From the NCBI GenBank assembly GCA_963728405.1, contig CAVSJV010000007.1, positions 192,001 through 256,000 on the forward strand: a stretch of 64,000 nt of DNA, in the 5' to 3' direction. The stretch is from Methanomassiliicoccaceae archaeon (GTDB taxonomy: Archaea; Thermoplasmatota; Thermoplasmata; Methanomassiliicoccales; Methanomassiliicoccaceae). The notes beneath the pieces were generated by a model. That model made no database searches. It was not told the DNA's origin and was given only the letters and a program-made list of their open reading frames with translations. Positions 9,397-18,942 of the stretch are shown piece after piece; within the stretch, counting starts at the first letter, position 1, and every line of letters starts with the position of its first letter. The position numbers and the translations under genes were made by a program.

Positions 9397-11097
9397 CTAG
9401 ATCACCAGGTTGGGGGCGAGTTCAAAGCCTTCGGTGATCCCGTTCTCTCTGAGGCAATTCGCGAGATCAGAGGTCAACTGCCCCATATCGGCGGCTGAGA
9501 ACGTGGTCCCGGGGCTCTTCTTCTCCATGATGATGAAGAAACGGCGAAGGGTTTCCGCGGTCACCAGCTCGGCTGAGAAATTCACGCAAATCACGATCTC
9601 CCGCGCTCCTGCGATCTGGCACGCTTCCACGGCCACTGTGATGCTGCCCGCATCGATGCGGTCGTCGGTCGCTTTTATTAGGAAAGCGAAATATGGTCCG
9701 ATCATCAGCCCCGCGTAGTTCGGCCCAGCCAGGTTCAGTCGCCTGAGGCCGCCCCGGCCCGCCAGCGCTTTCATCATGTTCCGATATTTGGGGGGCCAGG
9801 TGCTCCGGGAAGGGACGCTATTCTTTAGCGATTCCATCATTCGTATGATCGTCTCTGGCGATATCCCCTGCTCCTGAACATGGGACATGAACCTCAGGCT
9901 ACCAAGACCGCTGTCGTTGAGCGTGGGTAGGGGGCTTCCACCCTCCTGCGTGGGCGTAGCCCTGCGAGCCTGGCGGGAGAACCATTCCTTAGTGGAGGAG
10001 CTCAGGACCTTCCATTCCTCATCGCAGCAGATCAGGAGCTCCTCGGCCATCGGGACCTTCTTTTCCACCACTTCCTCCACCACCTTCCGTTTGACCGCAT
10101 CCATGGTGTTCCAGGATCCCAGGACATGGCGCTTGGCGTAAGTGGACTGGAAATGGGCGGCCAACAGGTTGACCAGCTCGGTCTGGGCCAACATGGAACG
10201 GTTGCCGCCACCGCCCACCATGGTGGCCCACCGCCTGGACTCGTTGCCGGATATGGCGGCATCATTGGCCAGCTTTCGCAGATGCGCTTCATGCATGTCC
10301 TGGGCCCGGCCGGGGGACGGCTCCAGTGTGGCCATGATACGCAACTGGGCCATCCTCAGGCGGCAGACCAAATAATGACAGATCATGTGGACCTCGGGGT
10401 CCGGCTGCCCGGTGTTCTCTTGCACCCTCCTCAGGCCTTCCACCTGGTCGGTGATGGCTTGGATGTGCTCGACCCGCAGCTCCATCAGGAAATGGCTCTG
10501 CACCATCCTAATATAATGACGTTGCAGCATGATGCGGACGAACTCGATCACCACCTTCCCGACCGCCTCCTGGGCCACGGGGTCGGGATGCTCCTTGAGC
10601 ATCAGGTTGAGGCGGGCCGAGAAGCTGAAGAACCCTACCGTGGCGCTGTTGATGTTGAATCCCATGGTCTGATGGAGCTGCCCTACGGTCCCCTCGTAGC
10701 GTTCCATCATCTGGCCGAACTCCTTCACCGCATAGGGCTGAACGCCCTGGCGTTCCATGAGCTTGCCTAGCGATTGCACTAGGACCATGAACGCCCCGTT
10801 AGGGTCATCGTCCGCCCTTTGGCGATATTTTAGCCAAAGATAATTGTGCTCCATGTGTAGGCTGGAACCTCGGTCCTTGTTGTCGGTGAAGAACGACAGC
10901 ATCCGGATGTACTGCTCATCGATCCTCTTCATGAGCGTAGCGGCCAGCGTTCCACGGGGGTCGTCGTTCAACGCCCTGTTAGCCTCTTCATACAAGGCTC
11001 CGAACTCACGCTCTTGTTGGGTGAGAGCGTTCTGACCTCCGCTGATGAAGTAGTTGCGGGTGAGGCGGGCCGAGCTGACGCGGTCCTTTTCATTCAT
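9397..11097 (-). CDS. Hypothetical protein, 566 aa, no recognised family
   Basis: Long open frame filling the gap between ppsA and porC; helical N-terminal region, alpha/beta C-terminal region. Confidence 0.75.
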   Translation of the reverse strand: MNEKDRVSSARLTRNYFISGGQNALTQQEREFGALYEEANRALNDDPRGTLAATLMKRIDEQYIRMLSFFTDNKDRGSSLHMEHNYLWLKYRQRADDDPNGAFMVLVQSLGKLMERQGVQPYAVKEFGQMMERYEGTVGQLHQTMGFNINSATVGFFSFSARLNLMLKEHPDPVAQEAVGKVVIEFVRIMLQRHYIRMVQSHFLMELRVEHIQAITDQVEGLRRVQENTGQPDPEVHMICHYLVCRLRMAQLRIMATLEPSPGRAQDMHEAHLRKLANDAAISGNESRRWATMVGGGGNRSMLAQTELVNLLAAHFQSTYAKRHVLGSWNTMDAVKRKVVEEVVEKKVPMAEELLICCDEEWKVLSSSTKEWFSRQARRATPTQEGGSPLPTLNDSGLGSLRFMSHVQEQGISPETIIRMMESLKNSVPSRSTWPPKYRNMMKALAGRGGLRRLNLAGPNYAGLMIGPYFAFLIKATDDRIDAGSITVAVEACQIAGAREIVICVNFSAELVTAETLRRFFIIMEKKSPGTTFSAADMGQLTSDLANCLRENGITEGFELAPNLVI

Positions 11098-11269
11098 CGT
11101 CTTTCCCGGGGCAGCCCTTCTTTTTCTTCTTCCTCTCCTCGGTCCTTCTGAATCTCATCCAGCTCCGGTTCTTCAATAATCGATCGACCAGGAGCACCAC
11201 GACTACCATCAGCAGGAGCAGAACGAGCAGATTAACTATGAAATCCTCAGGGCCTGAAAGCGAGGCCAT
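11090..11269 (-). CDS. Small single-pass membrane protein (59 aa), absent from the ORF track
   Basis: Manual translation MASLSGPEDFIVNLLVLLLLMVVVVLLVDRLLKNRSWMRFRRTEERKKKKKGCPGKDDE*; overlaps the start of the 566-aa ORF by 8 nt. Confidence 0.6.
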   Translation of the reverse strand: MASLSGPEDFIVNLLVLLLLMVVVVLLVDRLLKNRSWMRFRRTEERKKKKKGCPGKDDE

Positions 11270-11499
11270 CAGCTAATGCATCTCGGGCGGCGATGCACTG
11301 CAGGCATAATAATGGTGGCGACACCGCTCGGTACGGTCAGGAGTATCGCTAAAAAGGAACTTGTTACGATATCCTTCAACCATTTCCGGATATCAAAGGA
11401 TATATTTTGATTATTCGCAGAAATGTGTGCCTAAAAAAGCTGTTTTTAAGATAGAGTTAAATATTTTCAAGAATACACGGAGCCCAGCGAGGGAATAAG

Positions 11500-12060
11500 T
11501 TGAGGACATTGGAGATCAGATGGCACGGCAGGGGTGGACAAGGCGTCGTCACCGCGAACGAGATCCTGGCCGGAGCCGCGCTCCAGGAAGGCAAGTATAT
11601 GAAGGCCTTTCCGGAGTTCGGCCCTGAGCGTATGGGAGCGCCCATCCGGGCCTTTGCCAGGGTATCGGACGAACCGATCCGGGTGCACAGCCAGGTGTAC
11701 TTCCCCGACTATGTGATCGTGTTGGACCCTACCCTCATTGGGAACGTGAACGTGCTCGAGGGGATGAAGAAGGAAGGCGCATTGGTGGCCAACTTCCCCG
11801 ATGGGAAGGAGAGTCTTCGGAGAGCCCTGGGCACTGACCTGGATGTCCATGCCGTGAACGCTACCAAGATCGCGTTGGAGACCATCGGCAAGCCGTTGGC
11901 CAACACGGCCATGTTGGGCGCCCTGGTGAAGGTATCGGGCGTCTTGGACCTTGATAGCGTCAAGGTCGAGCTACGGTCCAAGCTGGGAGGAAAACTTCCA
12001 GAGAAGGTCGTGGAGAAGAACATCCTGAGCGTTCAAAGAGCGTACGAGGAGGTGGACTGA
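11500..12060 (+). CDS. porC: Pyruvate/2-oxoacid:ferredoxin oxidoreductase gamma subunit
   Basis: EIRWHGRGGQGVVTA, FPEFGPERMGAP, NTAMLGA; TTG start. Confidence 0.95.
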   Translation: MRTLEIRWHGRGGQGVVTANEILAGAALQEGKYMKAFPEFGPERMGAPIRAFARVSDEPIRVHSQVYFPDYVIVLDPTLIGNVNVLEGMKKEGALVANFPDGKESLRRALGTDLDVHAVNATKIALETIGKPLANTAMLGALVKVSGVLDLDSVKVELRSKLGGKLPEKVVEKNILSVQRAYEEVD

Positions 12061-12323
12061 TGTCGGCCAAGACCTCGGTCATTATGGACCCCGGCACCGC
12101 CAAGGCTTACCAGACCGGTTCCTGGAGATCCAAGCGCCCGGTGGTGGACAAGGAGAAGTGCATCAACTGCCTGGTCTGCTGGATGTATTGTCCGGATAAC
12201 TCGATCCTTGTGGAGAAGGGAGAGATGAAAGGTATAAAATTGTCACACTGCAAGGGCTGCGGCATATGCGCCCACCAATGTCCAAAGGACGCCATAACCA
12301 TGGTCGAGGAGGGAGAGAAGTGA
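12060..12323 (+). CDS. porD: Pyruvate:ferredoxin oxidoreductase delta subunit (2x4Fe-4S)
   Basis: TGSWR..RP, CINCLVCWMYCP, CKGCGICAHQCP. Confidence 0.95.
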   Translation: MSAKTSVIMDPGTAKAYQTGSWRSKRPVVDKEKCINCLVCWMYCPDNSILVEKGEMKGIKLSHCKGCGICAHQCPKDAITMVEEGEK

Positions 12324-13481
12324 AGCGGATAGCCGTCAATGGTGACCAGGGGGTCGCCCTGTCCTGGAAGCAAGTGAACCCAGACGTCTGCGCATCATAC
12401 CCCATCACCCCGCAGACCATCATCGTGGAGGCGTTCTCGGACTATGTCGCCAATGGCGAGGTGGACACCGAGTACGTTTGCAGTGAATCAGAGCACAGCT
12501 CCATGAGCATCTGCATCGGCGCCACCGCGGCCGGGGCAAGGTCCGTCACCGCCACCGCATCAGCCGGGCTAGCTTACATGTGGGAGATGCTGTACATCGC
12601 CGCATCGATGCGCATGCCCATCGTCATGACCGTGGCCAACCGTGCGTTGTCCGGTCCGATCAACATCCACTGCGACCACTCCGATGCCATGGGCGCGAGG
12701 GACAGTGGGTGGATCCAGATATTCGGAGAGAATGTGCAGGAGGCCTACGACAACTCGCTTATGTCCTTCCGCATCGCCGAGCACATGGATGTCCGCCTGC
12801 CGATCATGAACTGTCTAGATGGCTTCATCGTTACCCATGCCATCGAGTCCCTGACCCCGCTGGACGACGATGTGGCCAGGAAGTTCGTGGGTGAGTTCAA
12901 GCCGATCCATCCTCTTCTGGACTACAAGAACCCGCACAGCTTCGGGCCGTTCGACATGCCTGAGTACTATTACGAGCACAAATACCAGCAGGCCATGGCT
13001 ATGAACAATGCCCTGCCAGTGATCAAGGAAGTGTTCGGGGAGTTCGAGAAGCTCACCGGGCGCAAGTACGATTTCATCGAGACCTACCGGACCGAGGATG
13101 CCGACTATGTCGCGATATCTATGGGTTCGACCGCTGGGACCATGAAACAGGTGGTCGACGACATGAGGAAGGAAGGGCACAAGGTCGGTTGTATCAAGGT
13201 GCGGGTGTTCCGTCCGTTCCCGTATGCGGAAGTGGCCAAGGCCCTAGGAGGGCAAGAAGGCCATTGCAGTCATGGACCGGGCTATCAGCTTCGGGGCCAT
13301 GGGGCCGCTGTTCGCAGACGTCCGCTCGGCGGAGTTCGATAACCGCAGCCACCCCCGTACCGTCAGCTACGTCTACGGTCTAGGGGGAAGGGATGTGGGC
13401 GTCGAGGACCTCAAGGTCGTGTTCAGGGAGCTTGAGTCTGGAAAGGCCAAGACCATCAACTATCTGGGGGTGAAGCAATGA
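12320..13481 (+). CDS. porA: Pyruvate:ferredoxin oxidoreductase alpha subunit; one +1 indel near 13247
   Basis: YPITPQT, ESEHS, ANRALSGPINIH, RVFRPFP. The C-terminus (MDRAISFG...YGLGGRD) continues in another frame after gccctaGGag. GTG start at 12320. Confidence 0.93.
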
Positions 13482-14419
13482 TATCGATCAAGGAAATGGC
13501 CGAAAGGCCGGTCCGGCTCACCGAAGGGCACCGCCTATGCGCCGGTTGCTCCGAGCCGATCATCGCCAAGCAGGTGCTACTGGGGACCGATAAGCCAGTG
13601 ATCGTTTCCAACGCTACCGGTTGTTTCGAGGTCTCCACATCGGGGTTCCCATATTCGGCTTGGAACGTCCCATGGATCCACAGTGCTTTCGAGAACGCCG
13701 CGGCCACCATATCGGGGGTCGAGGCCGCCTACCAGGTCCTGAAGAGGAAGGGCAAGGTCCAGGACGATATGCGGTTCGTGGCCTTTGCCGGCGACGGGGG
13801 CACATACGATATCGGGTTCCAGGCACTGTCGGGAGCCATAGAGCGGGGCCATCAGTTCATGTTCGTCTGCATGAACAACGAGGCGTACATGAACACCGGC
13901 ATCCAGAGAAGCGGAGCCACCGGAAGGGGAGCGTCGACCACCACCTGCCCGTCGGGTTCATGCATTCCGGGAAAGAAAGAGTTCCCCAAGGACATCACCA
14001 AGATCATCGCCGCTCACGAGCTACCCTATGCGGCGCAGGCGTCCCCGCACAACTATAAGGACCTCATCGAGAAGGCCGGCAAGGGCTTCGAGGCCAACGG
14101 CCCCGCCTTCCTGAACGTGATAGCCCCCTGCCCCCGTGGCTGGAGGTACGATTCGCCCCAGACCATCGAGATCGCCCAGCTGGCGGTGGAGACCTGCCTA
14201 TGGCCCCTCTACGAGTACGACCGCGGAAAGTGGGTGCTCACGGCCGAGAGCAAGCGCATCGCCGAGGGTAAGAAGGAGAAGCGCCCAATCTTGGACTGGC
14301 TCAAATCCCAGGGACGTTTCAAGCACCTCCTCGATCCTAAGTGGAAGAGCGTGGCCGATGAGATCCAGGCCAACGTGGACCGCAAATGGGATGAGCTGCT
14401 CCGCCTGGCGAAGCAGTAA
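13478..14419 (+). CDS. porB: Pyruvate:ferredoxin oxidoreductase beta subunit (TPP-binding)
   Basis: GHRLCAGC, NATGC, FENAAA, GDGGTYDIG...NNEAYMNTGIQRS, PCPRGW. Confidence 0.96.
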   Translation: MISIKEMAERPVRLTEGHRLCAGCSEPIIAKQVLLGTDKPVIVSNATGCFEVSTSGFPYSAWNVPWIHSAFENAAATISGVEAAYQVLKRKGKVQDDMRFVAFAGDGGTYDIGFQALSGAIERGHQFMFVCMNNEAYMNTGIQRSGATGRGASTTTCPSGSCIPGKKEFPKDITKIIAAHELPYAAQASPHNYKDLIEKAGKGFEANGPAFLNVIAPCPRGWRYDSPQTIEIAQLAVETCLWPLYEYDRGKWVLTAESKRIAEGKKEKRPILDWLKSQGRFKHLLDPKWKSVADEIQANVDRKWDELLRLAKQ

Positions 14420-14617
14420 GTCTAAACAACTTCCCTCGATTTTTCCTTTTTTCCTTGTCCATTGCGGACGGTACGCATCGACCTGTACCCGACCCCCTAC
14501 TTCAGACCGTCGATCAGGTGAGAACCGATATCTCTGAAGGACCGCTCATTCATCATTCCGTCTTTCAGAGCTTCGCTCGTGAGTGAGGGGAACATGACCC
14601 CCCGCCGCTAGAAGAAA

Positions 14618-15331
14618 TTAAGCGGCTGGTTTTTCTCGGCAGGACGGGATCGCCCTTTCTTTCAGCTTCTCCAGTATCTTAACGGTCCTTTCTAGCGTAT
14701 CGGCGCGGAACCCCAGCAACATCTCTTCAGGCGCAATGTCGGTGGCCTTCCTGCATCCGTAGCAGCCGAGGGAGAGATTGGGGACACCAGTGGTATAGGG
14801 TAGGATGGTGGAATCGGCGCAGCTCGCTTGGAACGATGCGGTCTCGATCGTCACCCTTCCGCCCTTCTCATAGGTTGCTACGGCTGGCATTAGCCAGTAC
14901 AGCTGTTCTGGGGTTCCCGTGACAACAATGACATCCGGGTCGATCTTCACTTTGCTCAAGGGGCACACCAGCGTCCCTTCCAAGCTCTCTGGTTCCAGGG
15001 CCGGTCGGACATCCATGGTATGCTTGGCCGCCTCCTCGCTCTCGTACATCCCCAATGTAAAATGGAACTTACCCGAAGCGACCTTTTCGGGGATGGGCAT
15101 AAGACCAAGGGCGGACGCCCCCACCGGACATGCATGTTTGCTGGCCGGAAGAAGCAAACATTCTCCCTTTCTCGCCCTCATAATAGATTGGCAATGTCTG
15201 ATGCTCTTAACTGGCTCTGGATAGCCGGTGGGGAGCGGCTCCCCCTTCTTGATCAGTTTGACCGCTACGGGCTCATATTTCAGTCCAAGTATCTCGACGA
15301 TCTTCCTTGAGCACTCAGCATAGTCTATCAC
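14618..15331 (-). CDS. DUF169 family protein
   Basis: LGLKYEPVAVK, RHCQ, CPVGA.ALG, PDVI, QASCAD, SLGCYGCR. Confidence 0.85.
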   Translation of the reverse strand: MIDYAECSRKIVEILGLKYEPVAVKLIKKGEPLPTGYPEPVKSIRHCQSIMRARKGECLLLPASKHACPVGASALGLMPIPEKVASGKFHFTLGMYESEEAAKHTMDVRPALEPESLEGTLVCPLSKVKIDPDVIVVTGTPEQLYWLMPAVATYEKGGRVTIETASFQASCADSTILPYTTGVPNLSLGCYGCRKATDIAPEEMLLGFRADTLERTVKILEKLKERAIPSCREKPAA

Positions 15332-16182
15332 AGTAACGCCGTTAAATGGAGGTCAATTTCACGTATTAATACATCATTCACGAGCTATCGATGAGTTACG
15401 ATTCTGTCAGGTCCAATGAGCGTCGACCTCTGGTCAGGATAAAATCGCCCCCTTCCTGAGCATGATGCGGTAGGGGCCGCCAAGAACTGACCGCCGCGGA
15501 CAATGTCACCTCGCTGGGAAGGCGAACCCGGCACTACTGTTGAGGCCGATATCCCAAGGTTATGGTGCCGTTGGCGGGGCCGGGATGGACTGGTAGGAAC
15601 GGCCTCTCGGCACCCCATGGCATGGGCCTCGAGCAAGGATTGGGACCATGCTGACCGATACATCGAAAACTGCCTCATGCGGGCTCTAAAACGCTCACTA
15701 GCTTTCCAAGACCATCTAGGAGAACGAGAAGTGGGCATCGACAGGGCCAAGCATGGTAAGCGCTAGAATACATTGATCGGTGACGGTTCCCGCCTGAGGC
15801 GGCATGAGGTAGGTGCATAGCTACCTGCCCGGGGCCTTTTCCGGCCTCGGGTCAATGGCAATGGCCTTTGGAACAGAAGGGTCCAGGTATAAGGATACTA
15901 AATATGGAGCAAGGGCGCTTGGAAAATCTTTTCCAGTAACTGGCGAGGCGATGTCCCCGATCGTGGTAATGGCAAGACGGCCACCACTGTTATCGTTATC
16001 TTACGAGATCCGAGACGGAGAGCGATGGCGTCTTGCGATCGCGGTTCAACCTCTCCTATTCCATAGGTATCGAACACGAACAGGATTGTATGAGGGATTA
16101 CATTTATCCTGGATTAAGGACATGACCTCGGGCAAAGAACATACGAGGATCGATTTGAAAAAATCGAAACACGGGTGAACTA

Positions 16183-16830
16183 ATGAATTTTCCGAGATGT
16201 GATAGATGCGGCGATGCTGGCTGTAAGGTCGGCGAGCCAGGCAAGTTCAAGGACTGCCCCACCAATGTTTCTGACATAAAGCGTGAGGAGATCATCGAAC
16301 GCTATAATGACCCTGAGACCCAGAAGGTCATGCAGACCGCTGCCAAGGTGGAGAGGGGCACCATGCAGCCAGTTAACGGTGTGATGACGCCGATCCGGCC
16401 GCGCATCTCCGAGATCATGGTCTTCGCGGACCAGATGGGCTATAAGAAGATCGGAGTGGCCTTCTGTTTGGCCGCGAGGGATGAGGCCATCAAGCTGACC
16501 AAGGTCCTGGAGGCCCGCGGCTTCGAGGTATGCTCGGTCATCTGCCGCAACTTCTCAATGAAGAAGGGAGAGTTCGGTATTGCCAAGGAGGACTGCATCA
16601 AGAGCGAGAATGAAACTGTCTGCAATCCGGTCTATCAGGCTGAATTGCTGAACGAGGCAGGGACCCAGCTCAATATCGTCGTCGGGCTCTGCGTCGGGCA
16701 CGACATGCTGTTCTCCAAGAACTCCAAGGCCTACGTGACCACATTGTCAGTGAAGGACCGCATGACTGGGAACAACGCCATTGCGCCGCTGTACTCCGGG
16801 TTCTTCACCGAGATACTCAAGAAATACTAA
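16183..16830 (+). CDS. DUF1847 family metal-binding protein
   Basis: CDRC...C...CP, YKKIGVAFC, SVIC, CNPVYQAELLN, GLCVGHD, VKDR. Confidence 0.9.
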   Translation: MNFPRCDRCGDAGCKVGEPGKFKDCPTNVSDIKREEIIERYNDPETQKVMQTAAKVERGTMQPVNGVMTPIRPRISEIMVFADQMGYKKIGVAFCLAARDEAIKLTKVLEARGFEVCSVICRNFSMKKGEFGIAKEDCIKSENETVCNPVYQAELLNEAGTQLNIVVGLCVGHDMLFSKNSKAYVTTLSVKDRMTGNNAIAPLYSGFFTEILKKY

Positions 16831-16866
16831 AAAACAAGGGGGGGCGGACCCCTTTACTTTTCTTCT
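16829..16866. terminator. Hairpin flanked by A and T runs between convergent DUF1847 and hypC genes
   Basis: AAAAAAC-AAGGGG-GGGCGGA-CCCCTT-TACTTTTCTT; could act in both directions. Confidence 0.5.
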
Positions 16867-17094
16867 CTACTCGATGAGTTCTTCCTGATCGAGCATCTCT
16901 CCCCACAGCTTCAACGTCTCCCTGGCCTCCTCCTCGTCCATCTTCTCGATGGCGAAGCCGGCGTGGACGACTACCCACTCGCCGACCTTGGCGTCAACCA
17001 GCGAAACGTTCACCTTTCTGAGCACTCCGCCGAAATCGACATTGGCCTGGCTACCTTCGACGGATATAACTTGACCTGGTACAGCTAAGCACAT
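16867..17094 (-). CDS. hypC: Hydrogenase maturation chaperone HypC
   Basis: MCLAVPG, VDFGG, VVHAGFAI. Confidence 0.96.
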   Translation of the reverse strand: MCLAVPGQVISVEGSQANVDFGGVLRKVNVSLVDAKVGEWVVVHAGFAIEKMDEEEARETLKLWGEMLDQEELIE

Positions 17095-17100
17095 GGTTCC

Positions 17101-17478
17101 TCACGATGACATCAGCTTGAGGATGGCTTCGGCCGGCTGGCCTCCGCACTCCTTGAGCGCCTTGACCGCCTGTTCCTTGGTGCATCCCGTCTGTCCCATG
17201 ACCAGTTCGATGTCCTCTTCGGGCATTTGGGGGGCTACCGCCGGCTTGTCCGTCTCTCCTTCCTTTCTCACCTGGACGGTGGCCTCTCCGATGACCTGAA
17301 AGGTCTTCTGGCCCTGCATGTCCATGACCGTGACCGCGGCATCCTTGATGACGTATTCCTTGTCCTTGGTCCGGATGATGACCTCTTCCACGCCGTTGAT
17401 ATCCTCGGTAGTGATACCCAGGCGCTTCATGGCCTGCTTCATCTGGCGAGGGTTGACCCCCCTCATACCTGGCATCAT
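17101..17478 (-). CDS. nac: Archaeal nascent polypeptide-associated complex protein
   Basis: NPRQMKQAMKRLGI, VEEVII, GQKTFQVIG; C-terminal UBA domain EDIELVMGQTG...AEAILKL. Confidence 0.95.
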   Translation of the reverse strand: MMPGMRGVNPRQMKQAMKRLGITTEDINGVEEVIIRTKDKEYVIKDAAVTVMDMQGQKTFQVIGEATVQVRKEGETDKPAVAPQMPEEDIELVMGQTGCTKEQAVKALKECGGQPAEAILKLMSS

Positions 17479-17562
17479 GGTAACAGCTTTGTGATTGTCC
17501 CTAGGTAGTTAAATGTTTTTGATGCAGGGCCGGTGGGAGCGGAAGGGGTTGGGCCAGGCCGA

Positions 17563-18900
17563 TCATTTCCTCTTTCTCATGCCCACCACCACTATCGCGA
17601 CCACGGCTCCGATGATTAGGACCAGGGGCAGTGCGTAATCCGCCGCGTTGTTCGAGGAGGAGGTTCCTCCGGAAGGTGTACCAGTGGTGGGAACCGTAAT
17701 GGTCACCACGTCACTCGAGGGACCTTCTCCCGAAACAAAGAGCGCGCTGACCCGATACGTATAGCTCTCCCCGGCCGTCAGATTGCTATCGACGTACCCG
17801 CTGGACGTAGTCGTGAACACATCGTTCGATCCCCCCGGACCGGTGCGATATACATTGTAACCGATGATCGGAATGTCCGATGTGCTGTTGATCATCGCCC
17901 GTGAAGCGGCCAGGTCTGCGGGGGTCAATGGGAGGAAACCATTCTCCGAAGCGATCTTCTGCCCCCGCTCCGGGCTCAGGACGTAATCGACCCACATCCC
18001 CACTGCCCCATCGGGGGCGCCGTTGGTGTAAAGGTAGTAGTTCCTGGCCAGCCTATAGGTGGAGTTGTAAGCGGCCTCGCGGTCAAGAGGCGATATGGCT
18101 GGGGCGTCGGGAGTGGAACGTATGCTCACCACTTGTACTCCAGAGGTCTGTTCCAGGTACCCGGTACGGATTATCCCTACTCCGCCACTGCTGTTGGCCA
18201 CAGCATCGGCGCAGGCCAGACTGTCCGCCACGAACTGGACGTTCGGGGAGAAGGTGCTGCCTACCATCAGTGAGTTATTGAAGAATAGGTAGGGCGGTCC
18301 ACCCGGCCCGGGGACGTAGGGATTCACGGCCAGATCGGCCCCGCCCACGTCCTTCCAGTTCGTCGCGCTGCCATTGAACACTGCCTTCAGCTGATCGGCG
18401 GTGAGTTCGGTGATGCCAGTCCCCGGGTTGACGACCACGGCAATGCTCTCCACGGCCACCTTGGTCTCTGTCACATTGAGGCCAGCGGCCTGGGCCAGTT
18501 GGGCCTCGTTCGCAGTGATCTTCCGGGAAGCCATGGCCACATCAGAGCGCTTGGCGGCCCATTCTGAGAACGCGATGTTGTTTCCGCCGCCTTTCAGGAC
18601 CATCTTAACGCTTGGATACTCGGGAGCGAAGGAATCATTGATGGCCGACATAAGTACGAACGAGGAATCACAGCCGGTCTGGTTGATCGTACCGGCCGAG
18701 GTGGTGGGCGCCCTCCAGGTGAGGTTGACGCTGCCATCCGCCGCCGCAGCTGAAACACTAACGGGGGTAGGAAGGGCCGGACCGCTCACGCCAAGCGCGG
18801 GAGCCGCCGTCATCAGCATGAATAGCACAACGATCGCTGCCGCCAAAAACGTCCCCTTTCTCACGAGTCTCACCGCTCCGTAAGGAACTACGTGAGCCAT
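17563..18900 (-). CDS. Surface-anchored PstS-like binding protein nested within an FN3 domain
   Basis: Signal peptide; DVAMASR, IAVVVNP...LTADQLKAVFNG..TNWKDVGG, Y.LAR.YYLYT; split FN3 motifs; C-terminal TM helix plus MRKRK. Start uncertain (18873-18915). Confidence 0.8.
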   Translation of the reverse strand: MAHVVPYGAVRLVRKGTFLAAAIVVLFMLMTAAPALGVSGPALPTPVSVSAAAADGSVNLTWRAPTTSAGTINQTGCDSSFVLMSAINDSFAPEYPSVKMVLKGGGNNIAFSEWAAKRSDVAMASRKITANEAQLAQAAGLNVTETKVAVESIAVVVNPGTGITELTADQLKAVFNGSATNWKDVGGADLAVNPYVPGPGGPPYLFFNNSLMVGSTFSPNVQFVADSLACADAVANSSGGVGIIRTGYLEQTSGVQVVSIRSTPDAPAISPLDREAAYNSTYRLARNYYLYTNGAPDGAVGMWVDYVLSPERGQKIASENGFLPLTPADLAASRAMINSTSDIPIIGYNVYRTGPGGSNDVFTTTSSGYVDSNLTAGESYTYRVSALFVSGEGPSSDVVTITVPTTGTPSGGTSSSNNAADYALPLVLIIGAVVAIVVVGMRKRK

Positions 18901-18942
18901 ATGTATAAAAAACAAGGGATGGGAAGGGGTTTGGAATGGAGT

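Noticed and set aside
15332-16182. SRP RNA, RNase P RNA, or the 87-121 aa ORFs in this interval
   Set aside because: I found no RNase P GAGGAAAGTCC or SRP helix-8 signature by eye, and the ORFs lack recognisable motifs or typical codon usage.
16867-17094. Hydrogenase operon
   Set aside because: hypC is alone downstream of nac; no other hyp or hydrogenase genes are in the window.
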